A stretch of DNA of 64,000 bases from contig OZ246418.1 of the NCBI GenBank assembly GCA_965231155.1, forward strand, positions 637,710 to 701,709. Reading direction: 5' to 3'. Made by a program: the position numbers and the translations under genes. This stretch comes from an uncultured Candidatus Saccharibacteria bacterium (GTDB lineage: Bacteria > Patescibacteriota > Minisyncoccia > UBA6257 > 2-01-FULL-56-20). Below the pieces are notes generated by a model that searched no databases, was not told where the DNA came from, and saw only the letters and a list, made by a program, of their open reading frames with translations. Position 1 is the stretch's first letter. The number at the start of each line of letters is the position of its first letter. Shown here piece by piece: positions 37,496 through 46,631 of this stretch.

Positions 37496-37566
37496 CTGGG
37501 GGACAGGGAATCGAACCCCGATTCACGGCTTCAAAGGCCGCTGTCCTACCGTTAGACGATCCCCCA
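37496..37566 (-). tRNA. tRNA-Gln with anticodon UUG. CCA is not encoded.
   Basis: The minus strand reads TGGGGGATCGTCTAACGGTAGGACAGCGGCCTTTGAAGCCGTGAATCGGGGTTCGATTCCCTGTCCCCCAG. The 7-bp acceptor stem is UGGGGGA/UCCCCCA, the anticodon loop is CUUUGAA, and the T-loop is TTCGATT. Confidence 0.85.
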
Positions 37567-37804
37567 ATTTCATTTTCTCACTTAATAGCTTCTTTCCTTT
37601 TGGTGTTTTGTAGAATCTTTCTGTCCGAAAGGCTTCATATCTATCATCGAACATCTCACGATAGACAAGTTTAATTGGTAAGCGACCTTTCGTAGAACGT
37701 ACCCTTCCTTGACTATGGCTTCTTAGTCTTTCTTCAAGATTCGACGTACAACCAATATAGAGTTTACCATCTTTTTCTCCCTGGAGAACGTAGACAGAAT
37801 ACAT
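37523..37804 (-). CDS. Small GIY-YIG nuclease-family protein, YhbQ/UPF0213-like. The last 14 or so codons of the ORF read through the 5' half of tRNA-Gln, so the true 3' end is uncertain.
   Basis: MYSVYVLQGEKDGKLYIGCTSNLEERLRSHSQG…YKT matches the GIY-YIG core. The ORF continues through the tRNA sequence as LGDRLTVGQRPLKP* before reaching TGA. Confidence 0.6.
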   Translation of the reverse strand: MYSVYVLQGEKDGKLYIGCTSNLEERLRSHSQGRVRSTKGRLPIKLVYREMFDDRYEAFRTERFYKTPKGKKLLSEKMKLGDRLTVGQRPLKP

Positions 37805-37868
37805 AAAATTATTGTACCTACCGTTAGCCTCGCCCATAGGCTGGAGCCTTTAAGGGCTACGGCCGAGG

Positions 37869-37881
37869 GACGATCCCCCAA
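37869..37881. repeat. A 13-bp direct repeat, GACGATCCCCCAA, that duplicates the 5' end of tRNA-Gln. The other copy is at 37555-37567.
   Basis: An exact 13-nt match. An additional 11-nt match, CCTACCGTTAG (the D-loop segment), occurs at 37545-37555 and 37817-37827. Confidence 0.6.
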
Positions 37882-37957
37882 GTATGCGTACTACTCTATC
37901 ATAATTGTCATTTATCCGGCAATTACGTAAGGCTCTTTTTGTGCTATACTCTGGACT

Positions 37958-38449
37958 ATGAATTTTGCTAAAAAACTCTCTCAAATATTACCAATAGTAA
38001 CAGCTGAGGCCCACTGTGATGTGCCGTGTGGAGTCTATGAACCAACAACGGCAAAGATTGCCGCGAAAACCGTTGAAAAGATGGTTCTCCAGCTTCATGA
38101 GTTGAAGATGCCAGCTGACATGGCTGATGATCATTCGAGATTGGAGTATGCGAATGCCGTTTCTCGAAGGATTGCCACCAAGGAGAAGCATCTACAGATT
38201 TGCAAGGATGAACTCTCTTTGCTTTGGTCGGATTATTTCAAGCCAGAACATCTTGAGAAGTATCCAGAATTGCATACGATGTTCTGGAACGCCTTGAAAC
38301 TTTGTTCGAAGAACAAGCAAGCGGTGGATGGTGATCTGGCGAGAAAATTGACTGTGGCCGTTGATGAGATTGCGAAGATTTTTTATGAGACCAAAGGTGA
38401 TCCGAGTCGTTATGAAGCCTACCAGCAGATTACTGACAAACTTTTTTAA
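37958..38449 (+). CDS. sodN: Nickel-containing superoxide dismutase precursor.
   Basis: An N-terminal pro-peptide is followed by the Ni-hook motif HCDVPCGVYEP (His-Cys-x-x-Pro-Cys-Gly-x-Tyr) and then a four-helix bundle, about 14 kDa after cleavage. Confidence 0.8.
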   Translation: MNFAKKLSQILPIVTAEAHCDVPCGVYEPTTAKIAAKTVEKMVLQLHELKMPADMADDHSRLEYANAVSRRIATKEKHLQICKDELSLLWSDYFKPEHLEKYPELHTMFWNALKLCSKNKQAVDGDLARKLTVAVDEIAKIFYETKGDPSRYEAYQQITDKLF

Positions 38450-38726
38450 ACACCTTCTGTTCGTGGTCAAAGTGGAAGGGGAGAGTGCTTTCCCTGAGTT
38501 GATTCCGGGAAGATATTATCTGGCGAGTAGCCTCAAGAGACCACAAGTGGGGAGGTTTGTAGTTTTTTCGAATCCTTTGAATCACGGGCAGATTTTAGTG
38601 AAGAAGGTCCAAAGGTTTGAGGGTGATTCCCTCTGTGTCCAGGGGACTGTTTCTTGGGCAGTTTCTTCTCGTGAGATTGGTCGTATTCCTCTTCGATCTA
38701 CTCTTGGAGTTCTTCTAACGCATTAG
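38412..38726 (+). CDS. sodX: S26-family signal-peptidase-like NiSOD maturation protease. The start is uncertain; in-frame ATG 38412 and GTG 38463 both overlap or abut sodN.
   Basis: The SPase I box B-like motif VKVEGESAFPEL contains a Ser nucleophile. The box D-like motif is ILVKKVQRFEGDSL. The gene lies immediately downstream of sodN, as in described NiSOD operons. Confidence 0.65.
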   Translation: MKPTSRLLTNFFKHLLFVVKVEGESAFPELIPGRYYLASSLKRPQVGRFVVFSNPLNHGQILVKKVQRFEGDSLCVQGTVSWAVSSREIGRIPLRSTLGVLLTH

Positions 38727-38812
38727 AATAGATCTTGCGTTTTATCTAATATTGTTGTTTAATATTTTTAGCAGTCTTGGCGGATAGTCGAGACAAAAGA
38801 GAGGAGCTCGTC

Positions 38813-39562
38813 ATGAGGAAGTTGCTTGGAGTGGTCGCGCTATGCGTGGCCATGGTTGGTCCTCCTTTGGTCGTTTACGCTGGAGGTGAACCCTTGATTG
38901 CCGTCGTCGGCGACTACGGTATGCAGGTCTGTCCCGACGCAAAGGGGCAGACCGACCAGTACGGCCAGTGTGGCCGAGCGTCCGTCGCTCGGACGCTCGA
39001 GAGGATATTCCGGGATCAGCTCTCGGGATCGCCGTGGCGTCGAGGGAAGGTTGTCTCGTTGACCGGCGCTGGTTGGCCGGCCACCCAGTGGACGAACCCA
39101 CTAACGGAAATCGAGTGCCCGCCGTCGCTGACGCCGGATTCGCGATTCCCGTTTTCAGGCGTCCGCAAGCAGGCCTGCGACAGTGGGGTGTCGCTTAAGG
39201 ACTCGATCGTTACGTACTTGGGAGAAGTTCCAGACTACGTCTTGATCAGTTTTTCTAGCGATAATTACCTTTTCGTCACGCCGACCGAGGAGGTTGATGC
39301 GATCGAAGCGATCGCAAACACGCTGGAGACAGCGGGAGCGGAGGTGTTGATCTCCACTCCGCTCCTGGAGGATCTTTCGGGATCCATGTTCCCTTGGCGG
39401 GAACAGGTCGCGACGGAGCTTCGAAGTCGAGGGTTGGTGAATGGCCCCGACTTCATGCTCGTACCGCTTCCACGGTACGACGTACAGTACCTGTCACCCG
39501 AGGGAGCAACGGCAGTTGCTTACCTCTGGTGGGCGAAGTTGCAACCGCAACTCGTCTACTGA
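38813..39562 (+). CDS. Secreted hypothetical protein encoded in an island of about 60% GC, possibly an SGNH/GDSL-like hydrolase (weak). The start is set at MRKLLGVVAL.
   Basis: Signal peptide MRKLLGVVALCVAMVGPPLVVYAGG. The motif IAVVGDYGM resembles SGNH block I but lacks the canonical Ser. GC is far above the flanks. Confidence 0.5.
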   Translation: MRKLLGVVALCVAMVGPPLVVYAGGEPLIAVVGDYGMQVCPDAKGQTDQYGQCGRASVARTLERIFRDQLSGSPWRRGKVVSLTGAGWPATQWTNPLTEIECPPSLTPDSRFPFSGVRKQACDSGVSLKDSIVTYLGEVPDYVLISFSSDNYLFVTPTEEVDAIEAIANTLETAGAEVLISTPLLEDLSGSMFPWREQVATELRSRGLVNGPDFMLVPLPRYDVQYLSPEGATAVAYLWWAKLQPQLVY

Positions 39563-39564
39563 TT

Positions 39565-39600
39565 GATTTCTATCTCTTGCCCACCGTGCATTGCGCACAG
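39565..39600 (+). terminator. Rho-independent terminator.
   Basis: CCCACCGTGCA-TTGCG-CACAGTGGG is followed by TTTTTTATTT. Confidence 0.65.
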
Positions 39601-39664
39601 TGGGTTTTTTATTTCAAAATTAAGTTTTTCACAGGTAAATATCTGAATCTATGTGTTAAAATAA

Positions 39665-41428
39665 GTGGGAATGAAGACCTCCCGTCGTTTTAAAAAACAG
39701 AGGCAATTTTTTGACGTAGTAGAACATCCTTCCGCTCGACCGAAGAGGTTTTTCCCGCGATTCAGTAAGGGTTTTCTTGTGAATCTTCGTCCTCATTTCT
39801 TCCGTCGTTTTCCGTTGATTACCGCCTCGGGACTTTTGCTTATTTTTCTTGGAGCATTTTTTGGGAGAGATTTCTTCATCAAAGCAGAATCTGCGACTTT
39901 TTATCCCCAAACTTGTCTTGGGACTTGGCGGAATGCAATTCTCGCTCAGGCTCAGCCGGAAAGTGTTTCTATGAGTGGATCAATAGATGGAAGTAATGCC
40001 GCAATTTATCCTGGCAACAGAGAGGATATCTTTTGTGGTGGGTTTGTGGGTAACGATAGCCAGGAGTTGGGGAGTATTACCCATGTGGGAGTGACACTTG
40101 CTTGGAGGATTGGAGAAGAGGTGCCGGTTGCTTCAGGTACGCCAGGAGTATTTTTACCACTTCCGCCAGAAACGGAATCCACCAGTAGTAGCGAGTCTTC
40201 GATTACTGAAGAAGCTACTACTACTGAAGCGAAACCAGCAACAAGCGAAGAATCCAAGGAATCATCTCCTGTTCTTCCAGCTGAGGAGGCAGTAATCAAG
40301 GAGGAGTCTCGAGAAGAAACACCAGTTGCTTCTCCGGCTGAAAGTTCAGCGTCTGCACCGGTTGAAGAGACACCACCCCCGACTCCCGCTCCCGAACCTG
40401 TCTCGGAACCTGTTGTAACGCCAGTCGCTCCTGAAGCCTCTCTTTTTAATATTTTTATTTCCCGAGCATTTGCCGAGGAGATTGTGTCATCAGAATCTAC
40501 TACGGCTGAGGTTATAGTGCCTCTCGGTCCACCGATTCAGGCGGTCATTGAAGAACTTCCTAGCTCAACAGAGAAGATCGAAGAAATGGCGACTTCAACT
40601 ACCGAAACACCAATAAAAATTGAGACTGAAGTTTTGCCTCCCGATAATAACTTCTTGATGGTGAGTTATAGCTTTGATAGTTCGAACTGGACAGAGTTGG
40701 GCAAGGTGAATGTAGAAAATTGGCGTCAACTAACGTTTTCTCTGCCAGTATCCTCTTGGGCAGAACTGAGAAATTTACAGATTCGAGTCCAGGGAATTTC
40801 CTCAACAGTTGATCCCTTGCCTCCGGTTTTTCTGGATGGAATGTTGCTTGAAGTTCACTACGATAAAGGGATTCTTGAGGATCCTAATGATAAACCAGAG
40901 GTGGTAACGGTTGCTGGCCCAGCGTCTGTTTCTCCGGAAGAACTCCAGATGACTCAGTCGCAACTTCAGTTGGAGTTGGACAAGGATATCCGAGTTGCTC
41001 CGCACTATAAAGAGAAAGAATGGATTACATTCAATGCTCGAGAAGGGGAGCAGTATGAGGTATATCTGAAGAACGAAGCGACGGGAGAAATCAAACGCCT
41101 GACTACCACACCGAGCAATGAAACCTATCCGGTGATAAAGAATGGCCAGGTAGCCTGGGCGTATTCAGAGGGTTCTACTGGTCGTAAGCGTGGTGAGATT
41201 TTTTTGTATGATATTGCTTCTCAGATAACGATTCAGGTAACTGATGATGAGTTTGTTGATGAGCTTCCAGATTTTGATGAGCAGGGTGTTTTGAGCTGGC
41301 AGAAGACTGATGCTGCGGGAGTTACGCATGGATTTAGATATGACCTAGCTGAAAGGAAGGTGCATCAGATCGATACCACGCCTTTTACTACAGTCGCACC
41401 CTTAGATGAAGGAGGTGATAATCTATAG
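39665..41428 (+). CDS. Membrane-anchored extracellular protein of 587 aa with an acidic Ser/Thr/Glu/Pro-rich linker. Hypothetical.
   Basis: A basic N-terminus is followed by a TM helix (LITASGLLLIFLGAFFG). A long low-complexity linker (ETESTSSSESSITEEATTTEAKP…PPPTPAPEP) precedes a structured C-terminal region. Confidence 0.5.
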   Translation: MGMKTSRRFKKQRQFFDVVEHPSARPKRFFPRFSKGFLVNLRPHFFRRFPLITASGLLLIFLGAFFGRDFFIKAESATFYPQTCLGTWRNAILAQAQPESVSMSGSIDGSNAAIYPGNREDIFCGGFVGNDSQELGSITHVGVTLAWRIGEEVPVASGTPGVFLPLPPETESTSSSESSITEEATTTEAKPATSEESKESSPVLPAEEAVIKEESREETPVASPAESSASAPVEETPPPTPAPEPVSEPVVTPVAPEASLFNIFISRAFAEEIVSSESTTAEVIVPLGPPIQAVIEELPSSTEKIEEMATSTTETPIKIETEVLPPDNNFLMVSYSFDSSNWTELGKVNVENWRQLTFSLPVSSWAELRNLQIRVQGISSTVDPLPPVFLDGMLLEVHYDKGILEDPNDKPEVVTVAGPASVSPEELQMTQSQLQLELDKDIRVAPHYKEKEWITFNAREGEQYEVYLKNEATGEIKRLTTTPSNETYPVIKNGQVAWAYSEGSTGRKRGEIFLYDIASQITIQVTDDEFVDELPDFDEQGVLSWQKTDAAGVTHGFRYDLAERKVHQIDTTPFTTVAPLDEGGDNL

Positions 41429-41437
41429 ATTTTTCTT

Positions 41438-44400
41438 ATGCAATCCCATCGTTATCCTCGACATTTTCTTCTAGCCATTTTCCTTCTCTTTGCTTTTGGA
41501 TCTTCCTTGATTCCTCCTCGTTGGTTTTTTTCTGACCTTGGACAGCCACCAGAAAGTAAGGCGGCCTATTCAAGTCCGACACGTGCAAAAACGGTAGAGT
41601 TTTTTATTGGACAGTTTAGTGCTGATGGTACAACTGGAAAAAATACTAACACCAATAATACTTTGCCTAATGCGGCGAGCACGACTATTCGATTGGTTGA
41701 AAGTAATGTGGTGGTGAAGAACGCCTATGTTGAATATGAATTTCAGTTTAGCGCATATTCGGGAGCAACGATTAATAGTTCGACACTAACCTTTGATGCT
41801 TGTGTGGCTTCTTGTGCACCGGATGCTTGGTCGGGTACGGGGAGAGCCTCGACTACAGATTCCACTACACTAGAAACTGATTCGGGAGAGTCGAATACTG
41901 CGCGTATGTATTTGAATGTAACAAACGAGTCGCAGATTGCGAACTATAAGGGGTCAGCGAGTGGTTCTTTGGCTGTTCAGGCAGGGTATCGTTTTCGATT
42001 TACATCAGCTGCGAATAACATTGCCAATGCTTCGGCAAAATTAGTGATTACTTATACCTACGACGAGAGTTCTCCGGAAGTTACGAATACAATTATCTAT
42101 CCGCTAGAGTCACAACGATCGGGCGACCGAGGAACTCAGGGGGCTTTGGCTATCAGCAGTTGTACTGTTGGGTCAGACTGTCCAGCTTTTTCATACAATA
42201 TGATCCTCTCCGATCTTTCGACCAGCAGCAATCGTTTGGCTCAGTGGTTTTATTTAGGTGGGGTAAGTCGTGCCAATACCACAGCTGATCAGACTCTTTT
42301 TGCTCAGATAGGTGCGAATGCGGGAGCAACTACGACTCTCGAGGAAGCTCTCGGTGATAATGATGGAGGTTACTACTGGTATTTTAGCTCCTCTACTGGT
42401 TTTCTTGCCAACGCTACTCAGACTTTGAATGTGAAACCAGCTGGTACTAATGCTGATATGGCCCTTGTTGGTGGTGAAGTAGTGGAGACGTACCGCGCTT
42501 CAAGTAGTGCAGCAACTCGAATGAAAACTGTTCGGTATGGCTTGGGGGAGATTAATACGCTTTCCAACACGACAAAAACTAATAACTCGGTGAATGTATT
42601 TTTTCCAGAGAGTGGGGTATCAATTAAAAAAGCTTGGGTACGGTTGACCACCTCCTTCGACGGTACGGCGGTTACTAAAGAGCTTTATGTATCTACGAAA
42701 GTTGGAAGTAGCGGAAGTGAGAGTGCTAGTACAACTTATTTAGCCTCGTGTGGTGTGCAATGTGTCAGTAACGACATAAAAATATTTCATGTACTTCCTT
42801 CTTCCACATACGCAACCTTGGCAGCGGCGACTGCGGTGACTTCCACGCCGGTCACCGTATACACTGAGTGGGAGACAGCGAAGGGGGCTGTTTCTGGAGA
42901 GCTGCTCATCACCTATAGCTATACTGGAGAAACTGGAGGATATCAGGTGACGCATAGTATTTTTGCCGGTCAGGCGACATCCAGTCCAGCGACTTCTGTG
43001 ACATTTGCGAATATTGATCCAGCTCTCCCGGACACTGGAGGGACCCTCTCTGTTCCCGCCGCCTTTCTCGAGGCAAATATGCTGTACTCTGAGGCTGACG
43101 GAGTGCCAACTGCCGATCCTCAATTCGGGGCCAGTATGGCAAGTACAACCTGTAGTGTGGGGAATTCTTCCTCAACAAAAACAAGTGATACGGAAAATAC
43201 TCGTTTTCTTTTACATAAAGATGTCTCTTCGGCGTTTTATGCTTCCGACTCCGTAACTTATAAGACGTGCTATGCCAGTAATAGTACAGGTAAATTTAGT
43301 GGCACGTTGGTTTACACATATCAAAATGCATTTCCGAATCTCGCCCAAGCTTCGTATCACTGGCGAAACGATGATGATTTCCGGGATGCGATAGTGACGT
43401 CAACCCTCGATGCTCTTGGTGGCACATTTCCTTCTTTAGCGCTCACTTCAAGTGGCATCCCTGTTGTTGCTTATGTAGATTCTAACAGTAAACTGAGAGT
43501 TCTTTTGTGTGGGAATACGGAGTGCTCGAGTGGAAATACAACAAGTAGTCCTGATTCAGGGACAACTATTTTAGATACAACAATCGGTATACTGATTCGT
43601 TCTGACGGTAAGCCATTAATCTCCTATGGACGAAGTTCTGATGGTAATCTTATCTTTTTAAATTGTGGGAATAGTTCGTGTTCTAGCGGTAATGTGACGA
43701 GTAGCTTGATCTCTGGTGCTGGTTACTACTCCTCTATGGATTTTAATTCTTCCTCAAATCCAGTGATCCTTTCTTATCATTCAAGTGGTGGGAGTGTTCG
43801 CCTGTATCGTTGTGGCAATGCAACTTGTTCGAGTGGGAATAGTTCGAGTAGTATCTTGACCGAAACTTCAGCCTATCACTCTCTTGCCTTGTCTTCGGAT
43901 GATCTTCCCAATATGAGTTTTTACTCGGCGTTCGGCTTACGATTTGGTCATTGCACCATAGTCGCTTGCGCGAGTGTGACACCAACCACTCTCCATAACG
44001 CGGGAGTAAATCAGTACACATCACTCGCGCTCGATGCCAACAACATTCCTTCTGTTGCTTACTTTGATTCCTCGAATAATATCAGGCTTTATCGCTGTGA
44101 TGATGTGACTTGCAGTAGTGGCACCTCTACTATACTCAGTTCAGGCGGTGCTTTTTCTGGACATGTTTCGTTAGCTCTTGGTTCGAGTTCCTTGCCATTC
44201 ACAAGTTATGCTCTAGATGGAACGTTGAGACTTGCTCATTGTGGTAACCAAGGATGTTCCTCAACAAGCAGTGATTCTACGATTATAGACCAGAGTTCTT
44301 TTACCGGATTCTATTCTTCCCTCGAACTCGATACTAGTTATAATCCTGCTATTGTATACCAGGATGCAGGTGGGGGTAGTCTAAGATTTGCCAAGGTTTA

Positions 44401-46591
44401 TTTGGCTTCTTCGGCAACAGGTGGTATCCAGAATACGGCTTTTAGTACTGCCCAAAATGGGGTTTCTTATAAATTAAGAATTGGTCTTGATAACATCGGT
44501 GCGGGAATAGCCACTTCTACATTTCGTTTAGAATATGGCTTAAAAACTGGGGGAAGTTGTGAGGCGATTGGTGTCTGGACGACAGTTGGTGCACCGGGAG
44601 ATAGTACTGATATTGTTATGGCCAGTTCTTCGAATATGACGAATGGCTCGACCACTTTAGACATCTCTCGCGCTGATGGGGGAGTGACTAGTAACCAGAG
44701 TAGTACATTTACTGCGGGAGAAACGAAGAATACGACTTCCACTACTTCTGTCCTCTCGCTTTCCGGACAGACAATTACCGAGCTCGAATTTGCGATCAAA
44801 GGAACGGTCAACTCGACTTCGAGCAATCCCTACTGTTTCCGTTTGACTAAGGCGGGGACTGCGCTTGATGCCTATACGAACTATCCTCAGATTCAGTTTC
44901 ATTCAGTGCCGACAGTTGCTTCAATTTCTGTTAATAATTCCAATCCTATTACACTGATAGCGAATACGACCACCACTATTTCGGTCAATTTCCAGATTTC
45001 TGATAGCGATGGATGCAGTGATGTATTTACCAGCGGGAATGTGACCACCACTCTCTATAGGACTTCAAAGACATCAAGTTGTGAGGCGAATACTTTTAAT
45101 TGCTATAAAGCTTCTTCAGTTACAGTTCATAGTTGTAGTCCACCTGGTACGTCGGCAAATGCTACTACCACCTTCTATATTCAGTATTTCGCTGATGCAA
45201 CTGACGCAAGCTCGAGTTACACAACCGACAGTTGGCGGGCAACTATTGATTTTGTTGACTCGGCTGGTCTTGGAGGGAGTAGCTCTTCGGCCACCACCTC
45301 GTTAAGTACTTTAGTTGCTATAGATATTTCCACCTCATCTCTTAGCTATGGAACGGTAACGGCAGGGAGTGATACCAGTAGTACTAATCAGACGGTGACT
45401 ATCAAAAACGCGGGAAATTCTTCTACCACGCTCAAGATAAACGGAACAGCCCTGACTTTGAGCGGGAATTCTCTGGCCACAAGTTCTCAGCATTACGCTA
45501 CTTCGAGTTTCACTTTCGGGGGAAGCGAGCAGGCACTGAGCGACACAGCAACCACTATCTCAGGAGCTACTCTCTTGGGAAAACTGATCAGTCCTTGGGT
45601 GTCTAATACAGCACTTCCAAATTCCATTGTATATGATGGTTTTCTCGGAACTGACTCTTATCTTTATGTTCTTGGAGGGCGTAAAGATTTTGGTTCATCT
45701 GAAACTTCGACTGTTTGGTTTGCACCAGTCAGTCCAACGGGTACGGTAGGTTCCTGGGCCACGACTACCCCACTTCTCTATTCAAACGAAAATTTTGGGT
45801 CGACTAAATATGGGAATTATATTTATGTCGGAGGAGGAGCAAACGGTACTAGCACTATGACGTATGCGTTTATGAACAGTAGCGGTACACTGGGTTCCTG
45901 GGCTACCACCACTCCACTTCCTTATCTTGCAACATATCCTAGGTTCACTGCATACAATAACTATCTCTATTTAAGCGGTGGTTATGCAAATTTTGGCTTA
46001 CCGACTTCTAGCGTATTTTATGCACCAATTAATGCGAATGGTTCCATTGGCAGCTGGGCTACCACCACTCCATTAGATGTCACTTATGTTTCGAATCATG
46101 GTTTTGAGGCATACGACGGGTATCTTTATTTTGCTGCCGGTTCGGGAGTTGCTTCTCAGTCTTCTAGCTTTGCCGTTATAAACGCAAACGGCACTATTGG
46201 GAGTTGGACTGATGGTCCTCAAATCGGATTATTTTCAGGACATACTCTTATTCCTTTCCAGGGAGTACTTTATAGTCTTGGAGGATCTTTTGTAACAACT
46301 AACCAGCTACCGACCAGCACTCCTTTCGCAGTGATAAATTCGACTTCACCGAAGTTAAGTAACTGGTCGTTTGAACGTACTTCTCCTCATAATCTCAGCC
46401 TTAGTAAGGCTGCCAGATCGGGAAGATATGTATATCTAATAGGAGGAAGCGATGGTAGCACTGCCACTAGCTCTCTTTTTTCAGCAGAATTATCAGCTAG
46501 GGATCTTTATTTTGGCGCTTCGGTGAGTTCTAGCGCAAAAGTTGGCACATACACTGGAACAAATACCTTTACTCCGTTTTTCACGCCTTGA
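41438..46591 (+). CDS. Giant surface protein of 1717 aa. It has an N-terminal TM, about six tandem repeats of roughly 45 aa each carrying a Cys pair (CGNxxCSSGNxxSS), an Ig-like adhesin domain, and a C-terminal Kelch-type beta-propeller.
   Basis: TM helix HFLLAIFLLFAFGSSLI. Repeats LLCGNTECSSGNTTSS, FLNCGNSSCSSGNVTSS, LYRCGNATCSSGNSSSS, and LAHCGNQGCSSTSS. Kelch-like blades Y[IL]Y[VL].GG…S.V…[AP][IV]…G..GSW..TTPLP appear five or six times. Confidence 0.7.
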   Translation: MQSHRYPRHFLLAIFLLFAFGSSLIPPRWFFSDLGQPPESKAAYSSPTRAKTVEFFIGQFSADGTTGKNTNTNNTLPNAASTTIRLVESNVVVKNAYVEYEFQFSAYSGATINSSTLTFDACVASCAPDAWSGTGRASTTDSTTLETDSGESNTARMYLNVTNESQIANYKGSASGSLAVQAGYRFRFTSAANNIANASAKLVITYTYDESSPEVTNTIIYPLESQRSGDRGTQGALAISSCTVGSDCPAFSYNMILSDLSTSSNRLAQWFYLGGVSRANTTADQTLFAQIGANAGATTTLEEALGDNDGGYYWYFSSSTGFLANATQTLNVKPAGTNADMALVGGEVVETYRASSSAATRMKTVRYGLGEINTLSNTTKTNNSVNVFFPESGVSIKKAWVRLTTSFDGTAVTKELYVSTKVGSSGSESASTTYLASCGVQCVSNDIKIFHVLPSSTYATLAAATAVTSTPVTVYTEWETAKGAVSGELLITYSYTGETGGYQVTHSIFAGQATSSPATSVTFANIDPALPDTGGTLSVPAAFLEANMLYSEADGVPTADPQFGASMASTTCSVGNSSSTKTSDTENTRFLLHKDVSSAFYASDSVTYKTCYASNSTGKFSGTLVYTYQNAFPNLAQASYHWRNDDDFRDAIVTSTLDALGGTFPSLALTSSGIPVVAYVDSNSKLRVLLCGNTECSSGNTTSSPDSGTTILDTTIGILIRSDGKPLISYGRSSDGNLIFLNCGNSSCSSGNVTSSLISGAGYYSSMDFNSSSNPVILSYHSSGGSVRLYRCGNATCSSGNSSSSILTETSAYHSLALSSDDLPNMSFYSAFGLRFGHCTIVACASVTPTTLHNAGVNQYTSLALDANNIPSVAYFDSSNNIRLYRCDDVTCSSGTSTILSSGGAFSGHVSLALGSSSLPFTSYALDGTLRLAHCGNQGCSSTSSDSTIIDQSSFTGFYSSLELDTSYNPAIVYQDAGGGSLRFAKVYLASSATGGIQNTAFSTAQNGVSYKLRIGLDNIGAGIATSTFRLEYGLKTGGSCEAIGVWTTVGAPGDSTDIVMASSSNMTNGSTTLDISRADGGVTSNQSSTFTAGETKNTTSTTSVLSLSGQTITELEFAIKGTVNSTSSNPYCFRLTKAGTALDAYTNYPQIQFHSVPTVASISVNNSNPITLIANTTTTISVNFQISDSDGCSDVFTSGNVTTTLYRTSKTSSCEANTFNCYKASSVTVHSCSPPGTSANATTTFYIQYFADATDASSSYTTDSWRATIDFVDSAGLGGSSSSATTSLSTLVAIDISTSSLSYGTVTAGSDTSSTNQTVTIKNAGNSSTTLKINGTALTLSGNSLATSSQHYATSSFTFGGSEQALSDTATTISGATLLGKLISPWVSNTALPNSIVYDGFLGTDSYLYVLGGRKDFGSSETSTVWFAPVSPTGTVGSWATTTPLLYSNENFGSTKYGNYIYVGGGANGTSTMTYAFMNSSGTLGSWATTTPLPYLATYPRFTAYNNYLYLSGGYANFGLPTSSVFYAPINANGSIGSWATTTPLDVTYVSNHGFEAYDGYLYFAAGSGVASQSSSFAVINANGTIGSWTDGPQIGLFSGHTLIPFQGVLYSLGGSFVTTNQLPTSTPFAVINSTSPKLSNWSFERTSPHNLSLSKAARSGRYVYLIGGSDGSTATSSLFSAELSARDLYFGASVSSSAKVGTYTGTNTFTPFFTP

Positions 46592-46631
46592 TCTTTTATC
46601 CACACCTGAATATTCCAAGATCTGTGATATT

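Noticed and set aside
37838-37883. A possible second tRNA upstream of the GIY-YIG gene, because it starts with the same TGGGGGATCGTC as tRNA-Gln.
   Set aside because: No complementary 3' acceptor strand or T-arm can be formed. It is a 5' fragment or duplication, not a tRNA.
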